From positions 4,075,983 through 4,139,982 of the forward strand of contig OZ244950.1 of assembly GCA_965222435.1 (NCBI GenBank): 64,000 nucleotides of DNA, in the 5' to 3' direction. Numbering within the stretch: the first letter of the stretch is position 1; every line of letters begins with the position of its first letter. Under the pieces are notes generated by a model. That model was not told the DNA's origin, ran no database searches, and worked only from the letters and a program-made list of their open reading frames with translations. Below, piece by piece: positions 20,561-30,420 of this stretch. A program made the position numbers and the translations under genes. The stretch is from Candidatus Poribacteria bacterium (GTDB lineage Bacteria > Poribacteria > WGA-4E > PCPOR2b).

Positions 20561-22660
20561 CTAGAAAGTTGCGCGTCCCACGCCTGTGTTCCCTGCCGCA
20601 TCGGTGACGCGAATGGTGATGGTGTGTTCACCGGCTGGTAGGGAGTTCGTATGAAGTGACAAGGTTTCGCGCTTGGAGTCGAAGATGCCATCGTCGGGGA
20701 AGATGACCTGCCAATGTTCATCGCTGTCGATTTTGTAAACCGCTTTCTGAATGTAGCTGGCTAGATCCTCCACCGTACAGGTAATCTGATGGGTTTGATC
20801 TTCATTCGCCGTCGCAGTTATATCGGTGACCATTGGTTGGCTGTTATCAATATCGAAGGGGTCGCTAATCTTCTCGGTAGACTTCGCAAAGTTGGGAGGA
20901 TTGCTGAGTTTGTCCGTCGCGTTGACCTTGATGACGTAACGTCCGTCGGACATTGAGGTGGTGTCCAGAGCATAGCTGGTCTTGTCCAACTCTTTTTTCA
21001 AGAGTTTCCAATTTGTCTCATCAATCCCCTTGTAATAGACGTTGAACTGCAACGTATCACTATTTTCGTCCTTCACCTTCCACGAAGCGGTATATTTTGT
21101 ATTATCTCCTCCCGAATTGGAATTGGAGGGGGTCCGACTTTCCCGTGGTCTACGAATACCTTCGGGCGGACTGGGACTTTCGGGGGCACCGCCCCGCCGG
21201 ACTTCAATCGAGGTGAATCGCGGTTCGGTATTGGATTGAACGGAAGCGACGGTCACTTTTTTGAGGACAGGCGTCGCAGAAACGGCACTCGTCGTGAGCT
21301 TGGCACGCCACTGAATATATCGTGCGGAGGCACTGGTAATCTGGGAGGTTTCGGGGTCTGTTAGTTCTTCTGACCAGTCATTCCATGTGCTATTGGGTTT
21401 CTCCGTGTTGCCAGTACGAGTGGCAAAAGAGATAGCTGTCCCTTCGGGTGTGACACCCTCCCACGATAACTTACCCCACCGCGAAACGACTTTGGTATCG
21501 TGCGCCTTGGATTCAAGCGTTCCCTCAGCGAGGTAATCCGATTTCAATTCAAAAATCTTCCCGGCGTTTCCTGTGGCAAGCAAGAGCCGATCTGAATTTG
21601 CGGTGCGATGAATCGCCAAGATCTGGCTCGCGCTACATTTGCCCTTCAGTACAGAATCGCCATCTGTGTTGACCCAGTACAACTTACCACTATCCCCTGT
21701 ACCGACATAAAGACCTTCCTCCGAATCAAACACCATTGCCAGAATCAAGGGATCAGGTGCTTCCCACATAACAGATACGATGCCATCCGGCTGAATTTTG
21801 TAGACCCTCGACTTCTTTTCTTCGGGATTACGACCCCCAGGACCCGGAGGACCGGGAGGCGGGGGCGGACCGCCGGGCTGTGGTGCTGCTGTCGTGATGG
21901 TTCCTGCATAGATTAACCCCTGTGCCCCAATAACAAGCCTGCGCACCTCTTTCTGCCCCGTTTGGTAGATCACAGTAGCCGCACCGTCCTCCGTTTTGAC
22001 GCTATAGATAGTCCCTTTGCCGTCGCTACCGGCATACAGCATTCCCTGATGATAGAGCAAACATAAAATGTTACGTTCGTCGGAATCATAGAGGACGCTG
22101 GTCTGTCCATCGGGTGTAATCTTGTAAATTTTCCCACTGGTGCCGGTCGATGCATATAGATTCCCTGCCTCATCAAAGGTCATCGCCCAAACGTACTTCT
22201 CCTCCGAACTGAGTATCGTTGTCGGCGGGGTGCTACTGTCCGTGAGCTTGTAGATTAGCCCGTCCGGGGCTGTACCGGCATAGATGTTGTCATTGGAATC
22301 AATAGCCAGTGTCAAGATTGAAACCTCTGGCGAATCGTAAAAGAGCGAGGATTCACCATCGGTATTGATCCGATAAATCTTGCCACTGTTTCCTGTGCCC
22401 GCGTAGATGTTTCCTTTGGAATCCTCAGCGAGGCACCAGATATATATCTCTTTGGTATCCTCAAAGAAGGCATCCAATTTAGGAGCCAACATGAGCTCGC
22501 CTCTACTTGAGAGCGAAACATCTTTGGGCTTACCAGATTCAAAGTCCTTTTGGTTTTGTTGTTCCCAGATCCGTGTCGTCACCCCGAACACTGGTAGAAG
22601 ATGGATCGAAAAGAAAACGACGGCGACACTAAAAATATAAAAAACACGGTAAAACGCCAT
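20561..22660 (-). CDS. beta-propeller repeat protein with Pro-rich linker and C-terminal Ig-like region
   Basis: At least 7 repeats of about 40 aa (NIYAGTGNSGKIYRI, NIYAGTAPDGLIYKL, NLYASTGTSGKIYKI, MLYAGSDGKGTIYSV …). N-terminal TM/signal. PPPPGPPGPGG linker. Confidence 0.5.
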   Translation of the reverse strand: MAFYRVFYIFSVAVVFFSIHLLPVFGVTTRIWEQQNQKDFESGKPKDVSLSSRGELMLAPKLDAFFEDTKEIYIWCLAEDSKGNIYAGTGNSGKIYRINTDGESSLFYDSPEVSILTLAIDSNDNIYAGTAPDGLIYKLTDSSTPPTTILSSEEKYVWAMTFDEAGNLYASTGTSGKIYKITPDGQTSVLYDSDERNILCLLYHQGMLYAGSDGKGTIYSVKTEDGAATVIYQTGQKEVRRLVIGAQGLIYAGTITTAAPQPGGPPPPPGPPGPGGRNPEEKKSRVYKIQPDGIVSVMWEAPDPLILAMVFDSEEGLYVGTGDSGKLYWVNTDGDSVLKGKCSASQILAIHRTANSDRLLLATGNAGKIFELKSDYLAEGTLESKAHDTKVVSRWGKLSWEGVTPEGTAISFATRTGNTEKPNSTWNDWSEELTDPETSQITSASARYIQWRAKLTTSAVSATPVLKKVTVASVQSNTEPRFTSIEVRRGGAPESPSPPEGIRRPRESRTPSNSNSGGDNTKYTASWKVKDENSDTLQFNVYYKGIDETNWKLLKKELDKTSYALDTTSMSDGRYVIKVNATDKLSNPPNFAKSTEKISDPFDIDNSQPMVTDITATANEDQTHQITCTVEDLASYIQKAVYKIDSDEHWQVIFPDDGIFDSKRETLSLHTNSLPAGEHTITIRVTDAAGNTGVGRATF

Positions 22661-22811
22661 GAAAGAGAAATCCTCCGTTGAGTTAGTTCATTAGTTCATT
22701 GGTAGTTCATTGTTCAATTGTGGTTACGGCATACGGAGTATGCCTACTACTTTGGGTCATTAGTTCATTGGTTTATTTCACGCATCAGCGGAATCTATCG
22801 ATCCTGAAAAA

Positions 22812-24689
22812 TTACGGGGCATTGCGGTCAACCGTAAACCGCAAAAATCGACTGCCAGAGACCACATAGGGCGTCGTCACCTTTTCAAAATGTAGCGTTG
22901 TGCCGCGAGTGGGTCCACCTTCGCCAGATTGCGTGGGTGTGCTCATCACAGAGAGCATCGATACCGGCAGTTCAGGAAACTCTTCCCCCTGAACAGTCAT
23001 ACCCACCCTAGGCACAAACAGTTCCAAGATGATATCACTGTTGTTTTCCTCCCGCTGCAACAATTTGATTAATTGGTTGATATTGGTCGGTTGATAATTT
23101 AAGGGTGCCCTCGCCTGCTGCCAACTTTCATATAAGTCCGGACTGATAGCGAGAAGGGTGGTTAAACCTTCGGGAGCATCTTCCGGAATCGTAATCGTAC
23201 CGGTCTGGATGATCGGTGCTTCGAGGTATGGACGCAGGCGCATGGTCACCTCAATTTTTTCGCCGGGTCGGTATTGATCTTTGTCGATCCGTACCGCTTC
23301 GATGACCGCTGTTTTCCGTTTGTCCTCCATTTTGATATCGAGGTCTATACGCTCCACATCAATCTTTTCATATTGATTGCCAATTAAGCTAAACAGCGGA
23401 GTCAGTGCGCGGGTCGCCTGAAATCCCGGTGAGCCACTGGAGGAGTACACATTCCTCCGCACAATCTCGCGCGATGTCAGATTCGGCTGATCTTTCAGCA
23501 GGATTTTCGCGTCAACGTTGACGGAGTGGTCACCGGCGATGATTTCGATGCCATCAATAATGTACCAAAGCGCAATGAGGGTGTATAGCGTCGAGAAATC
23601 CCGATGGCGGATTACTTCATAGTGTGTTGGGTGGACCTTCCCATCCATTGTCTGGATGTTGGCATTAACAGGAATAAAGCTGGGATGAGAACCGATCAAG
23701 CCAGCAATTGCCGCCTGACGGTCTTGCACGAGTGTGCCAATCGGTTGTGTCGGAGAAGCTATTTTGGAAGATCTCTGTGTACTCGGTAAAATGAAGTGGA
23801 CATAACCGCCGGAAATCGGCAAATTGACGTTGCCCTCGCCGAACATCGAATGACCAAAGCCCAAGAGCTGATCTCCTTCAATATAGGTCATGGTTCCATA
23901 CCCGAAGGCGGTGAAAGCCCCACGGACAAATTCCAAACCCACAATCTGTCCCGGCTCAATCGGCGCACTACCAACGGGTGAACCTCCGCCAGCGCCTTGT
24001 ATCGGACTGAAATGATATTTGTCAAAAAACTGCTTGAAAAATCCGATCGCATCCGTCGGCAATCCTGAAAACGCTACAGGCATCTGAAGATGTGAAGGCT
24101 TCTGGAACCGATCGGGAGACGGTAAGATTCCCATTCGTGCTTCGGGGATCTGTTTTCTATCGGGCGTCAGAGGCAACATTTCGATGCCCTTTGATACCGT
24201 GTCTGTCCCGAAGTTAAAACGCGTTCCACCCCGATAGCTTAAATTGGGCTGCATCCTCCGCTGTGTCACTTCAATCATCAACTCAATCGGTGTCACTCCC
24301 ATGAGATTAGCATGTTCGCGCTGGTTAAAGTAGCCGAGAGAAATCGCGCCAATGAGCCGTCCGTTAATATACATCGGACTCCCACTCATACCGCCGGCGA
24401 CGCCTGTCTTTTCAAAGTTTTCGCCGCTGCCTTTGACCCATATCACGTGCCAATTGGGATAGAAATTGTACTCAATACTGACCACCTCAAAATTAAACTT
24501 TTCAACAGTTGTGCCCGAAAAGACGGTATATCCCTCCCCTTTCACGCCGGGCGCAATCTCTGCTAACGGCATAAATTTCGATGAATCCCATTTAATTTCT
24601 GCGCTCGCTTGAAGGGCAATCAAGCAGAGGAGACTAATTATCAATACAAAACAACTTCTTTTCAAAGTCCACCTCGTTCCATTTTTCAA
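22812..24689 (-). CDS. secreted serine peptidase, possibly S55 (SpoIVB-like)
   Basis: Signal peptide; GMSGSPMYINGRLIGAIS resembles the SpoIVB-type GMSGSP catalytic-serine motif. Confidence 0.35.
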   Translation of the reverse strand: MKNGTRWTLKRSCFVLIISLLCLIALQASAEIKWDSSKFMPLAEIAPGVKGEGYTVFSGTTVEKFNFEVVSIEYNFYPNWHVIWVKGSGENFEKTGVAGGMSGSPMYINGRLIGAISLGYFNQREHANLMGVTPIELMIEVTQRRMQPNLSYRGGTRFNFGTDTVSKGIEMLPLTPDRKQIPEARMGILPSPDRFQKPSHLQMPVAFSGLPTDAIGFFKQFFDKYHFSPIQGAGGGSPVGSAPIEPGQIVGLEFVRGAFTAFGYGTMTYIEGDQLLGFGHSMFGEGNVNLPISGGYVHFILPSTQRSSKIASPTQPIGTLVQDRQAAIAGLIGSHPSFIPVNANIQTMDGKVHPTHYEVIRHRDFSTLYTLIALWYIIDGIEIIAGDHSVNVDAKILLKDQPNLTSREIVRRNVYSSSGSPGFQATRALTPLFSLIGNQYEKIDVERIDLDIKMEDKRKTAVIEAVRIDKDQYRPGEKIEVTMRLRPYLEAPIIQTGTITIPEDAPEGLTTLLAISPDLYESWQQARAPLNYQPTNINQLIKLLQREENNSDIILELFVPRVGMTVQGEEFPELPVSMLSVMSTPTQSGEGGPTRGTTLHFEKVTTPYVVSGSRFLRFTVDRNAP

Positions 24690-24945
24690 TTGCGGAATTT
24701 TAATTCGCTTAGCGTGTAATAGAAATCCGATCTCTCATTTCTAAAATCGGGTTTATGATAACAGTTTATTTGAAACGATGTCAAGCGCAATAATTTTGCA
24801 CCCCGTAATTTTCGCATTGTCGAGATGTGAATATCGACCTACAGAAAGAATCGCTATAAACACAAAAAGCCGGGTGAAGAGGTATACTCTTTCCCGGCTT
24901 TTCGGGTGCAATTAAGGATAGGGTCGAGATAAATATAGTGAGCGT

Positions 24946-25118
24946 TATGCGCGAAGTTTTCGGTAGAGATACACGATTGCAAAACCGATCGCACCGAGCA
25001 AGATGACGGTAAAGGCGAGTTTAAACGCCCAAGTGATAACAGGTAGAATCATACTCAATGCTAGTAGAATCAAGACACATATCAGCACTAAGATGACAAG
25101 ATTTCTCAGTAATCCCAT
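24946..25118 (-). CDS. small membrane protein (about 57 aa, two TM helices) ending the PspA operon; below the ORF-track size cutoff
   Basis: ATG at 25116-25118 (reverse strand) preceded by AAGGAG. Translation MGLLRNLVILVLICVLILLALSMILPVITWAFKLAFTVILLGAIGFAIVYLYRKLRA. Coordinates approximate to within 1-2 nt at the 3' end. Confidence 0.4.
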
Positions 25119-25140
25119 TAGATGCAGCTCCTTTTCATTC

Positions 25141-25800
25141 TCACTCTTTTAGGCGGGCTTTGAGCTTGGCAAGTTCATCATCAATTTCGTCTTTCTTGTC
25201 GAGTTTGTCAAACTCATCCTCCAAACTAGGTTGACGCATTTCGCTAAGCGCTTCAGCCTCTGCTTCCGCATCAAGGACTCGATCCTGAATGCGATCAAAA
25301 GCGTTCAACGCACTCGGATCCGAAAGCCCCGATACGGTCTGATGGATTGTCCGTTCCGCCTCTGCCCGCCTTTGGCGAGCAATCAGCAACGCCCGTTTGC
25401 TCTTTGCCTCTTCAATTTTTTGTTCTAAGGTTGCCAACCCATCTTTAAGTACGGAAACGCTCCCTTGCTGCGCCTCAAATTGCTCACGAAAACCCGCTGC
25501 CAAGTCGTCGGCGGACCGCTTGCGGCGAAGGGCTTCTTTTGCGCGGGCATCATCGCCGTTCTGGATAAACACGATGGCACGCTTTTCCCACTTCTCAGCA
25601 CCCTCTAAGTTCTCCTCATACTGCGCTTCAAATTTGTTTCCGTCCCGGATAGCCGCAGCGACTTGAATCTTTACCTCTTTGAGTTCGTACTGCATATCCT
25701 CCAAGAGTTGGTTCAAGATCTTCTCCGGATCTTCAACCCGATCTAGCAGGTCGTTTATATTTGAATTGAATATCCGCCTGATTTTCTCAAAGATCGGCAT
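25141..25800 (-). CDS. pspA: PspA/IM30/Vipp1 family protein (copy 1)
   Basis: MPIFEKIRRIFNSNINDLLDRVEDPEKILNQLLEDM… canonical PspA N-terminus; coiled-coil throughout. Confidence 0.8.
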   Translation of the reverse strand: MPIFEKIRRIFNSNINDLLDRVEDPEKILNQLLEDMQYELKEVKIQVAAAIRDGNKFEAQYEENLEGAEKWEKRAIVFIQNGDDARAKEALRRKRSADDLAAGFREQFEAQQGSVSVLKDGLATLEQKIEEAKSKRALLIARQRRAEAERTIHQTVSGLSDPSALNAFDRIQDRVLDAEAEAEALSEMRQPSLEDEFDKLDKKDEIDDELAKLKARLKE

Positions 25801-25831
25801 TGGTGGTCACTCCCTTACCTACTCTCAGCGA

Positions 25832-26398
25832 CTAAACTGTATATCTGCCCAGTGTTTCTTCATCTAAATGCTCCAACTCGTCTTGAGACTGCTGCCGCTC
25901 TGCCTCCCTCAACTCTGTCTCAGGAAAGCCAATCTCTTGAACAATCGATTCTGCCACATAGATAGGCACCCCTAATCTCAAGGCGAGCGCGATCGAATCG
26001 CTTGGGCGAGCATCAATCTCCAACGTTTTGCCGTTGGCTACCACATTGATCTGCCCAAAATAGGTTGAGTCTTTCATAGTATGTACGTAGACCGCATCAA
26101 CTGTCGCATCAAGGCTTTCGATGATGTTTTTCATGAGATCATGTGTCATCGGACGTAGCGGATCTTCACCTTTGAGCTGAAATTGAATTGAGAGCGCCTC
26201 CCCCTGTCCGATCCATATAGGTAGCACCAATTTTGGATCGCCCTCTGTCTCCCTCAAAAAGAGAATCGGTGCGCCACTACTCGCATCAATAGAAATGAAC
26301 GCCACTTCCACTGCGATCATGTTCTTTCCGTTCATTTGGAGGTGTTCATCGGCTTGTTCTTTCATCTTAGACTCCTTTGTTGCTAACTTGAAATTCAA
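25832..26398 (-). CDS. bifunctional nuclease (BFN, DUF151) domain protein
   Basis: RPSDSIALALRLGVPIYV matches the BFN/DUF151 core. Start may be the internal MKEQADE…. Confidence 0.6.
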   Translation of the reverse strand: MNFKLATKESKMKEQADEHLQMNGKNMIAVEVAFISIDASSGAPILFLRETEGDPKLVLPIWIGQGEALSIQFQLKGEDPLRPMTHDLMKNIIESLDATVDAVYVHTMKDSTYFGQINVVANGKTLEIDARPSDSIALALRLGVPIYVAESIVQEIGFPETELREAERQQSQDELEHLDEETLGRYTV

Positions 26399-26514
26399 TT
26401 GGAGTCGCCGATGATGTGAACCATGTTACAAGAATGTTGCCACTTGTCTTGTCATCGACAATTCCAAATTGTCTGTCACACCGACTCCGGTTTGTCATCT
26501 CAACCAGTGCTATA

Positions 26515-28422
26515 TCATGTTGAATCTTGGTCAGTTGATTCCGGTGTTTCCGTTTTGGCGGTCAGATCCAAGCCAGGGACGTATTGGCTCACGGTCTTAG
26601 CGAGATCCTGAGCATCAATCCCCCCAAAATTCAGGACCTCTTTCAGCATTGGTAGTGCTGCACCAGCCTGCAAAATGGATCCGAAAATCTTACCCATGTT
26701 CCCGCCCGGAGCACCGTTTCCAGCTCCGTTTCCGCCAAGGTCAAGGATGCGGATGCTTTCAATCTGTTCCGCGGGTTTCATCAATTGACCTGTGACTTCG
26801 GGCAGGGATTGGATCAGTTTCAACAGCGCCTCGTTATTCAGAATCCGCTGATCCGCGGTGTTCTTCGCTTCAATAAGTGCCTCTTCCCCTTCCGCCTTCG
26901 CTTTTGCTTCAACCAAGAGTGCCTCAGCGAGCATCTTCTGCGCTTCTGCTCTGAGAGTGGCGGCTTCTCGCTCCGCTTTAGCGGCCTCGATAACAGCGTA
27001 GGCTTCGACATTTGCCAGTCGTTCCTTTGAAATGCGCTCTTCATCCGCCTCCTGTTCGGCTCCGATTAACGCGATTCGGCTATTACGCTCGGCTTCCTCA
27101 ATCGCTTCCACCGTCAAGACTTGGGCTTCAGATTTGGTCCGCTCAGCGGTTGCAGCCAACCGATCTGTAGAGGCAATTTCGAGTTCCTTCTCCTTCACCG
27201 CAATCTGAATTTCGCTTGCGGCTTGGGTCTCTTTTTCTTCTCGATTTCTCTCAACAAGCACGATTCGCCTTCTAACATTGGCTTCCTCGATTGCCTGTTG
27301 TTGACGGACGCGCGCTTCTTCAACGGTGCGTTCCTGCTCAATTCGGGCTTGTTCAATTGCTTGGTCTCGCTCAATTTCAGTAGCTTGAACTTCTTGCTCC
27401 TGAGACACACGCGCAGTCTCCAGGGCCCTTTTCTGTTCTATCTCCGCTTCTTGGATCTGCCGCTCCTGATCAATTCGAGCGGTTTCAATCCGCTGTTTCT
27501 GCTGGATCTGCGAAGATTGTACCGCTTCTTCCTGACGGATACCCGCCTCCTCAAGGGCTTGTTGTTGCTGAAGTTCTGCCTCTTTGACGATACGTTCTTG
27601 TTCCGCTTTATTCGTCTCAACCTCTTTGCGCTGTATCTCTTGGGCAAATGCCAGTCGCTTTTCGACCTCTAGGCTCTCTGTCTGCGTTGCCTCCTCCTGC
27701 TGCTTGATCGCCAAGTCTGCTCTCAGTTTATCTTCCTCTTGTTTGACTCTGTTTTCATGCTTAATTCGTTCCGTTCTTGTTTGCCGTTCTTGAACCTCTT
27801 GATTGATAGTCTGAATGGCAACCACATCAAAACGGTTGTTTGCATCAAGTTGGTCGAGAGGGGTTTGATCGAGGTTCGTCACTGCAACACTTTCGAGTTG
27901 AAAACCGTTCTGTTCAAGATCATCTTTGCAGCTTTCCCGAACCTGATCTGAAAAATCTTGACGTTTTTCATGAAGTTCTTGAAGATCCATTGTTGCTGCC
28001 ACACTCCGTAGTATCCCAACCAGTTTTCCTTCAAGCAGAGCTTTCACATTCTCCGGCTCCAAGGTTTTATCCCCAAGGCTTGCAACCGCACTAAGGACAT
28101 CCTGTTCATTGGGTTCAATCTTCACATAGAATTGGGCTTCAATATCAACACGCAGGCTGTCTTTTGTGATTAAGGCATCCGGTCCAGTCCGTTGAACTAA
28201 AAGCTGCATGGTATTCAACGAAACCAGTTGTGTTGCTTTTGTCAGTGGATTAACGATTTTACCGCCAAAGACAACACTCTTCCTTTTACCGCCTGAAATG
28301 ACCAATGCGGCATCAGCGGGTGCCTTTTTATATAGCGCTTTGTAGGTAAGAAACATAATCAGGAAAAACGCTGCAATTACAGCGATAATACCGAAAAAAG
28401 GCGTCAAGCTCAGGCCTTCCAT
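26515..28422 (-). CDS. flotillin-like SPFH/band-7 protein (YqiK/FloT-like) with long Glu/Gln-rich coiled coil
   Basis: N-terminal TM, SPFH core (…LVQRTGPDALITKDSLRVDIEAQFYVKI…), then repetitive QEEA/EQER heptad-like repeats. Confidence 0.8.
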   Translation of the reverse strand: MEGLSLTPFFGIIAVIAAFFLIMFLTYKALYKKAPADAALVISGGKRKSVVFGGKIVNPLTKATQLVSLNTMQLLVQRTGPDALITKDSLRVDIEAQFYVKIEPNEQDVLSAVASLGDKTLEPENVKALLEGKLVGILRSVAATMDLQELHEKRQDFSDQVRESCKDDLEQNGFQLESVAVTNLDQTPLDQLDANNRFDVVAIQTINQEVQERQTRTERIKHENRVKQEEDKLRADLAIKQQEEATQTESLEVEKRLAFAQEIQRKEVETNKAEQERIVKEAELQQQQALEEAGIRQEEAVQSSQIQQKQRIETARIDQERQIQEAEIEQKRALETARVSQEQEVQATEIERDQAIEQARIEQERTVEEARVRQQQAIEEANVRRRIVLVERNREEKETQAASEIQIAVKEKELEIASTDRLAATAERTKSEAQVLTVEAIEEAERNSRIALIGAEQEADEERISKERLANVEAYAVIEAAKAEREAATLRAEAQKMLAEALLVEAKAKAEGEEALIEAKNTADQRILNNEALLKLIQSLPEVTGQLMKPAEQIESIRILDLGGNGAGNGAPGGNMGKIFGSILQAGAALPMLKEVLNFGGIDAQDLAKTVSQYVPGLDLTAKTETPESTDQDST

Positions 28423-28458
28423 TTTGAACCTCCTCGCGTAAGGATACGCGTCGAACCA

Positions 28459-29163
28459 TTATAATGAAATAAGTGAACTATCCTCTTTCGTCACCTCAAA
28501 AATCCGTCCCTGCAAATCGTAATCAATGAGAATCACCGTGTCTCCCTTTACGGGAATATCCTCGCCCTCACGAATACGGCAACTGACGGTCAATTCGGGG
28601 CCATCCGGCACCGGGACACGCGCTGTTCCAAAGGTTGTTGTGACCCGACCGCTAATCACTCGACCTCTTAAACCGATTAAGTGAGAGTCGTTAGTGGCAC
28701 GGTCGCTTTCAGGAAATAGCTTTGAAAGTCCCAGTGCGAGGTAACGGGTGCCGAATATACTACACAGAAGCGCAGCCCCGACAGAAATCCAGAGCGTGTA
28801 TCGTGGGGAGTGAACGTTGACATTCAGAAACTCATTAACAATCAAGCCTGAAATTCCCCAAGTTGCAAAAAGTGCCATCAGGAGAACTGTAAAAGGTACT
28901 TTGCCAACGTTCAAAATTCCTAATACGCTGGGGATAAAGCTGCCGCCGCCCGAACTGCTGTCGACGTCAACGTCTGGATCAACATCGGCGTCAACGTCTA
29001 CATCGGCATCGACCTCCGTATCAACGTTCACATCGGTGTCTCCGCCCCCAAAATCCAGACCGCCCATGACGAGCTGGAAGATAGCAAAGAGAAACATGAA
29101 CGCAATCGGTGCTGTAAACCAAACATTATACCAGACAAAAATGTAATTAAGAAAATCGCCCAT
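28459..29163 (-). CDS. NfeD-like membrane protein (flotillin partner, YqiJ-like) with D/V-rich spacer and C-terminal OB-fold
   Basis: N-terminal TM helices, (DVDV)n tract, C-terminal GRVISGRVTTTFGTARVPV…GDTVILIDYDLQGRIFEV characteristic of NfeD C-domains. Confidence 0.6.
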   Translation of the reverse strand: MGDFLNYIFVWYNVWFTAPIAFMFLFAIFQLVMGGLDFGGGDTDVNVDTEVDADVDVDADVDPDVDVDSSSGGGSFIPSVLGILNVGKVPFTVLLMALFATWGISGLIVNEFLNVNVHSPRYTLWISVGAALLCSIFGTRYLALGLSKLFPESDRATNDSHLIGLRGRVISGRVTTTFGTARVPVPDGPELTVSCRIREGEDIPVKGDTVILIDYDLQGRIFEVTKEDSSLISL

Positions 29164-29182
29164 ATCTGCTCCCGCTCACAGG

Positions 29183-29569
29183 TCATTCGCGGCAAGAGAC
29201 AATCAACGTCATTGCGCGTTTAGCATCACGGTAGCTGATGTTGTCAATTAGATATTTATCCCCGTTCACTGTAATTTCAAGGGCAGCTTGTCCAAAGATG
29301 CGGTGTTTGAGACTTTGGTTCAGTTCGATCGCGGTAATCTGAGAAAACGGGAGGTTGCACCGAATGTTGATGTAGGAAGCACTCATACTTCCCATCTGAC
29401 GCTCCTCTAACACCAACACCCGGTCAGAAGTGATGACGACGAAATCGGGATTCAGCAGGCTAGATCTCCCAAGCGTACACAACCTGATCTGCTCATCTGC
29501 ATTTAGTTGCGCTTGGGCTGTCTCCTGAATGCGAAACGGTAACCGATGAAAATCAGCCATCCACGTCAC
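29183..29569 (-). CDS. hypothetical protein, possibly a bacterial PH-like (bPH) domain
   Basis: 128-aa ORF between PspA copy 2 and NfeD; beta-rich sequence pattern. Confidence 0.3.
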   Translation of the reverse strand: MTWMADFHRLPFRIQETAQAQLNADEQIRLCTLGRSSLLNPDFVVITSDRVLVLEERQMGSMSASYINIRCNLPFSQITAIELNQSLKHRIFGQAALEITVNGDKYLIDNISYRDAKRAMTLIVSCRE

Positions 29570-29573
29570 TCCG

Positions 29574-30257
29574 TTAGGGATCTTGATTCTCAGGATGGAC
29601 TTTGGTTTTCAATGCCGTAAGATCTGCCTCGACCTTTTCGTTGTTCTCAAGTTCATGAAACTTCTGCTCAAGGTCATCACCTTGTGTCAACTCAGCCAAC
29701 GCTTCCGCATGCACTTCGAGATCGCGAACACGATCAACTAACCGATCGTAAGCATCAAATGCGGTGGTGTCAACGACTGTATCAGCCGGTGACGTCGCGC
29801 CGACAGTGGACTGCAACACCCCTAAACTTTCAGCGGCAGCCAATTTCGCAGTTTGATAGCGCGTCGTGTCTAGCTTGGTCTCTAACGTTTTCAAACTGGA
29901 CTTGAGAGAGTCGATGATCTCCTGCTGCGTCTCGATCTGCTCACGATACAGGTCTGCCTTGTTTGCATGCTCACCTTTGCGGGTGAGTGCCCGGCGAGCG
30001 AGATCTTCCTCCCCTTTTTTCAAGGCGAAAACCGCTTTCTTCTCCCACCTTTTGGCTTCAATTCCGTGCGCGTCGATCTCCCGTTCTATCAACTTGAGAT
30101 CGGCAATCGCCCCCGCGATTAAAGCCTTTACATGGCGCACGTTTTGGCGCATCTCTTCCACCATCAGACCGCGTGTTTTGCGCGTATCTTCCGCTTTCTC
30201 TAGGAGATCGTTCACATGCGATCTCACAATGAGCTTGGCTCGATTTAACGTTTGCAC
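29574..30257 (-). CDS. PspA/IM30 family protein (copy 2)
   Basis: MQTLNRAKLIVRSHVNDLLEKAEDTRK…; PspA-like coiled-coil. Confidence 0.75.
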   Translation of the reverse strand: MQTLNRAKLIVRSHVNDLLEKAEDTRKTRGLMVEEMRQNVRHVKALIAGAIADLKLIEREIDAHGIEAKRWEKKAVFALKKGEEDLARRALTRKGEHANKADLYREQIETQQEIIDSLKSSLKTLETKLDTTRYQTAKLAAAESLGVLQSTVGATSPADTVVDTTAFDAYDRLVDRVRDLEVHAEALAELTQGDDLEQKFHELENNEKVEADLTALKTKVHPENQDP

Positions 30258-30420
30258 AGTTCAGTTCCTCCTTGTAACATTGTTAGACATCAAAATGATT
30301 AACTCAATTGTGTCTGACAGGAGGCTACAAGGATATTGCCATTATAGAAGGTGAAACATGAAGCCAATGTACATTGGCTTCATCAGTTCAATGAACCAAT
30401 CAACTAAAATCTTAAAAAAA

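Noticed and set aside
26838-27672. Multiple ORFs (27121-27672 +, 27438-27647 -, 26838-27044 - and others) inside the flotillin gene
   Set aside because: These are low-complexity reading-frame artefacts of the repetitive Glu/Gln-rich coiled-coil coding sequence. The flotillin frame is the only one with homology.
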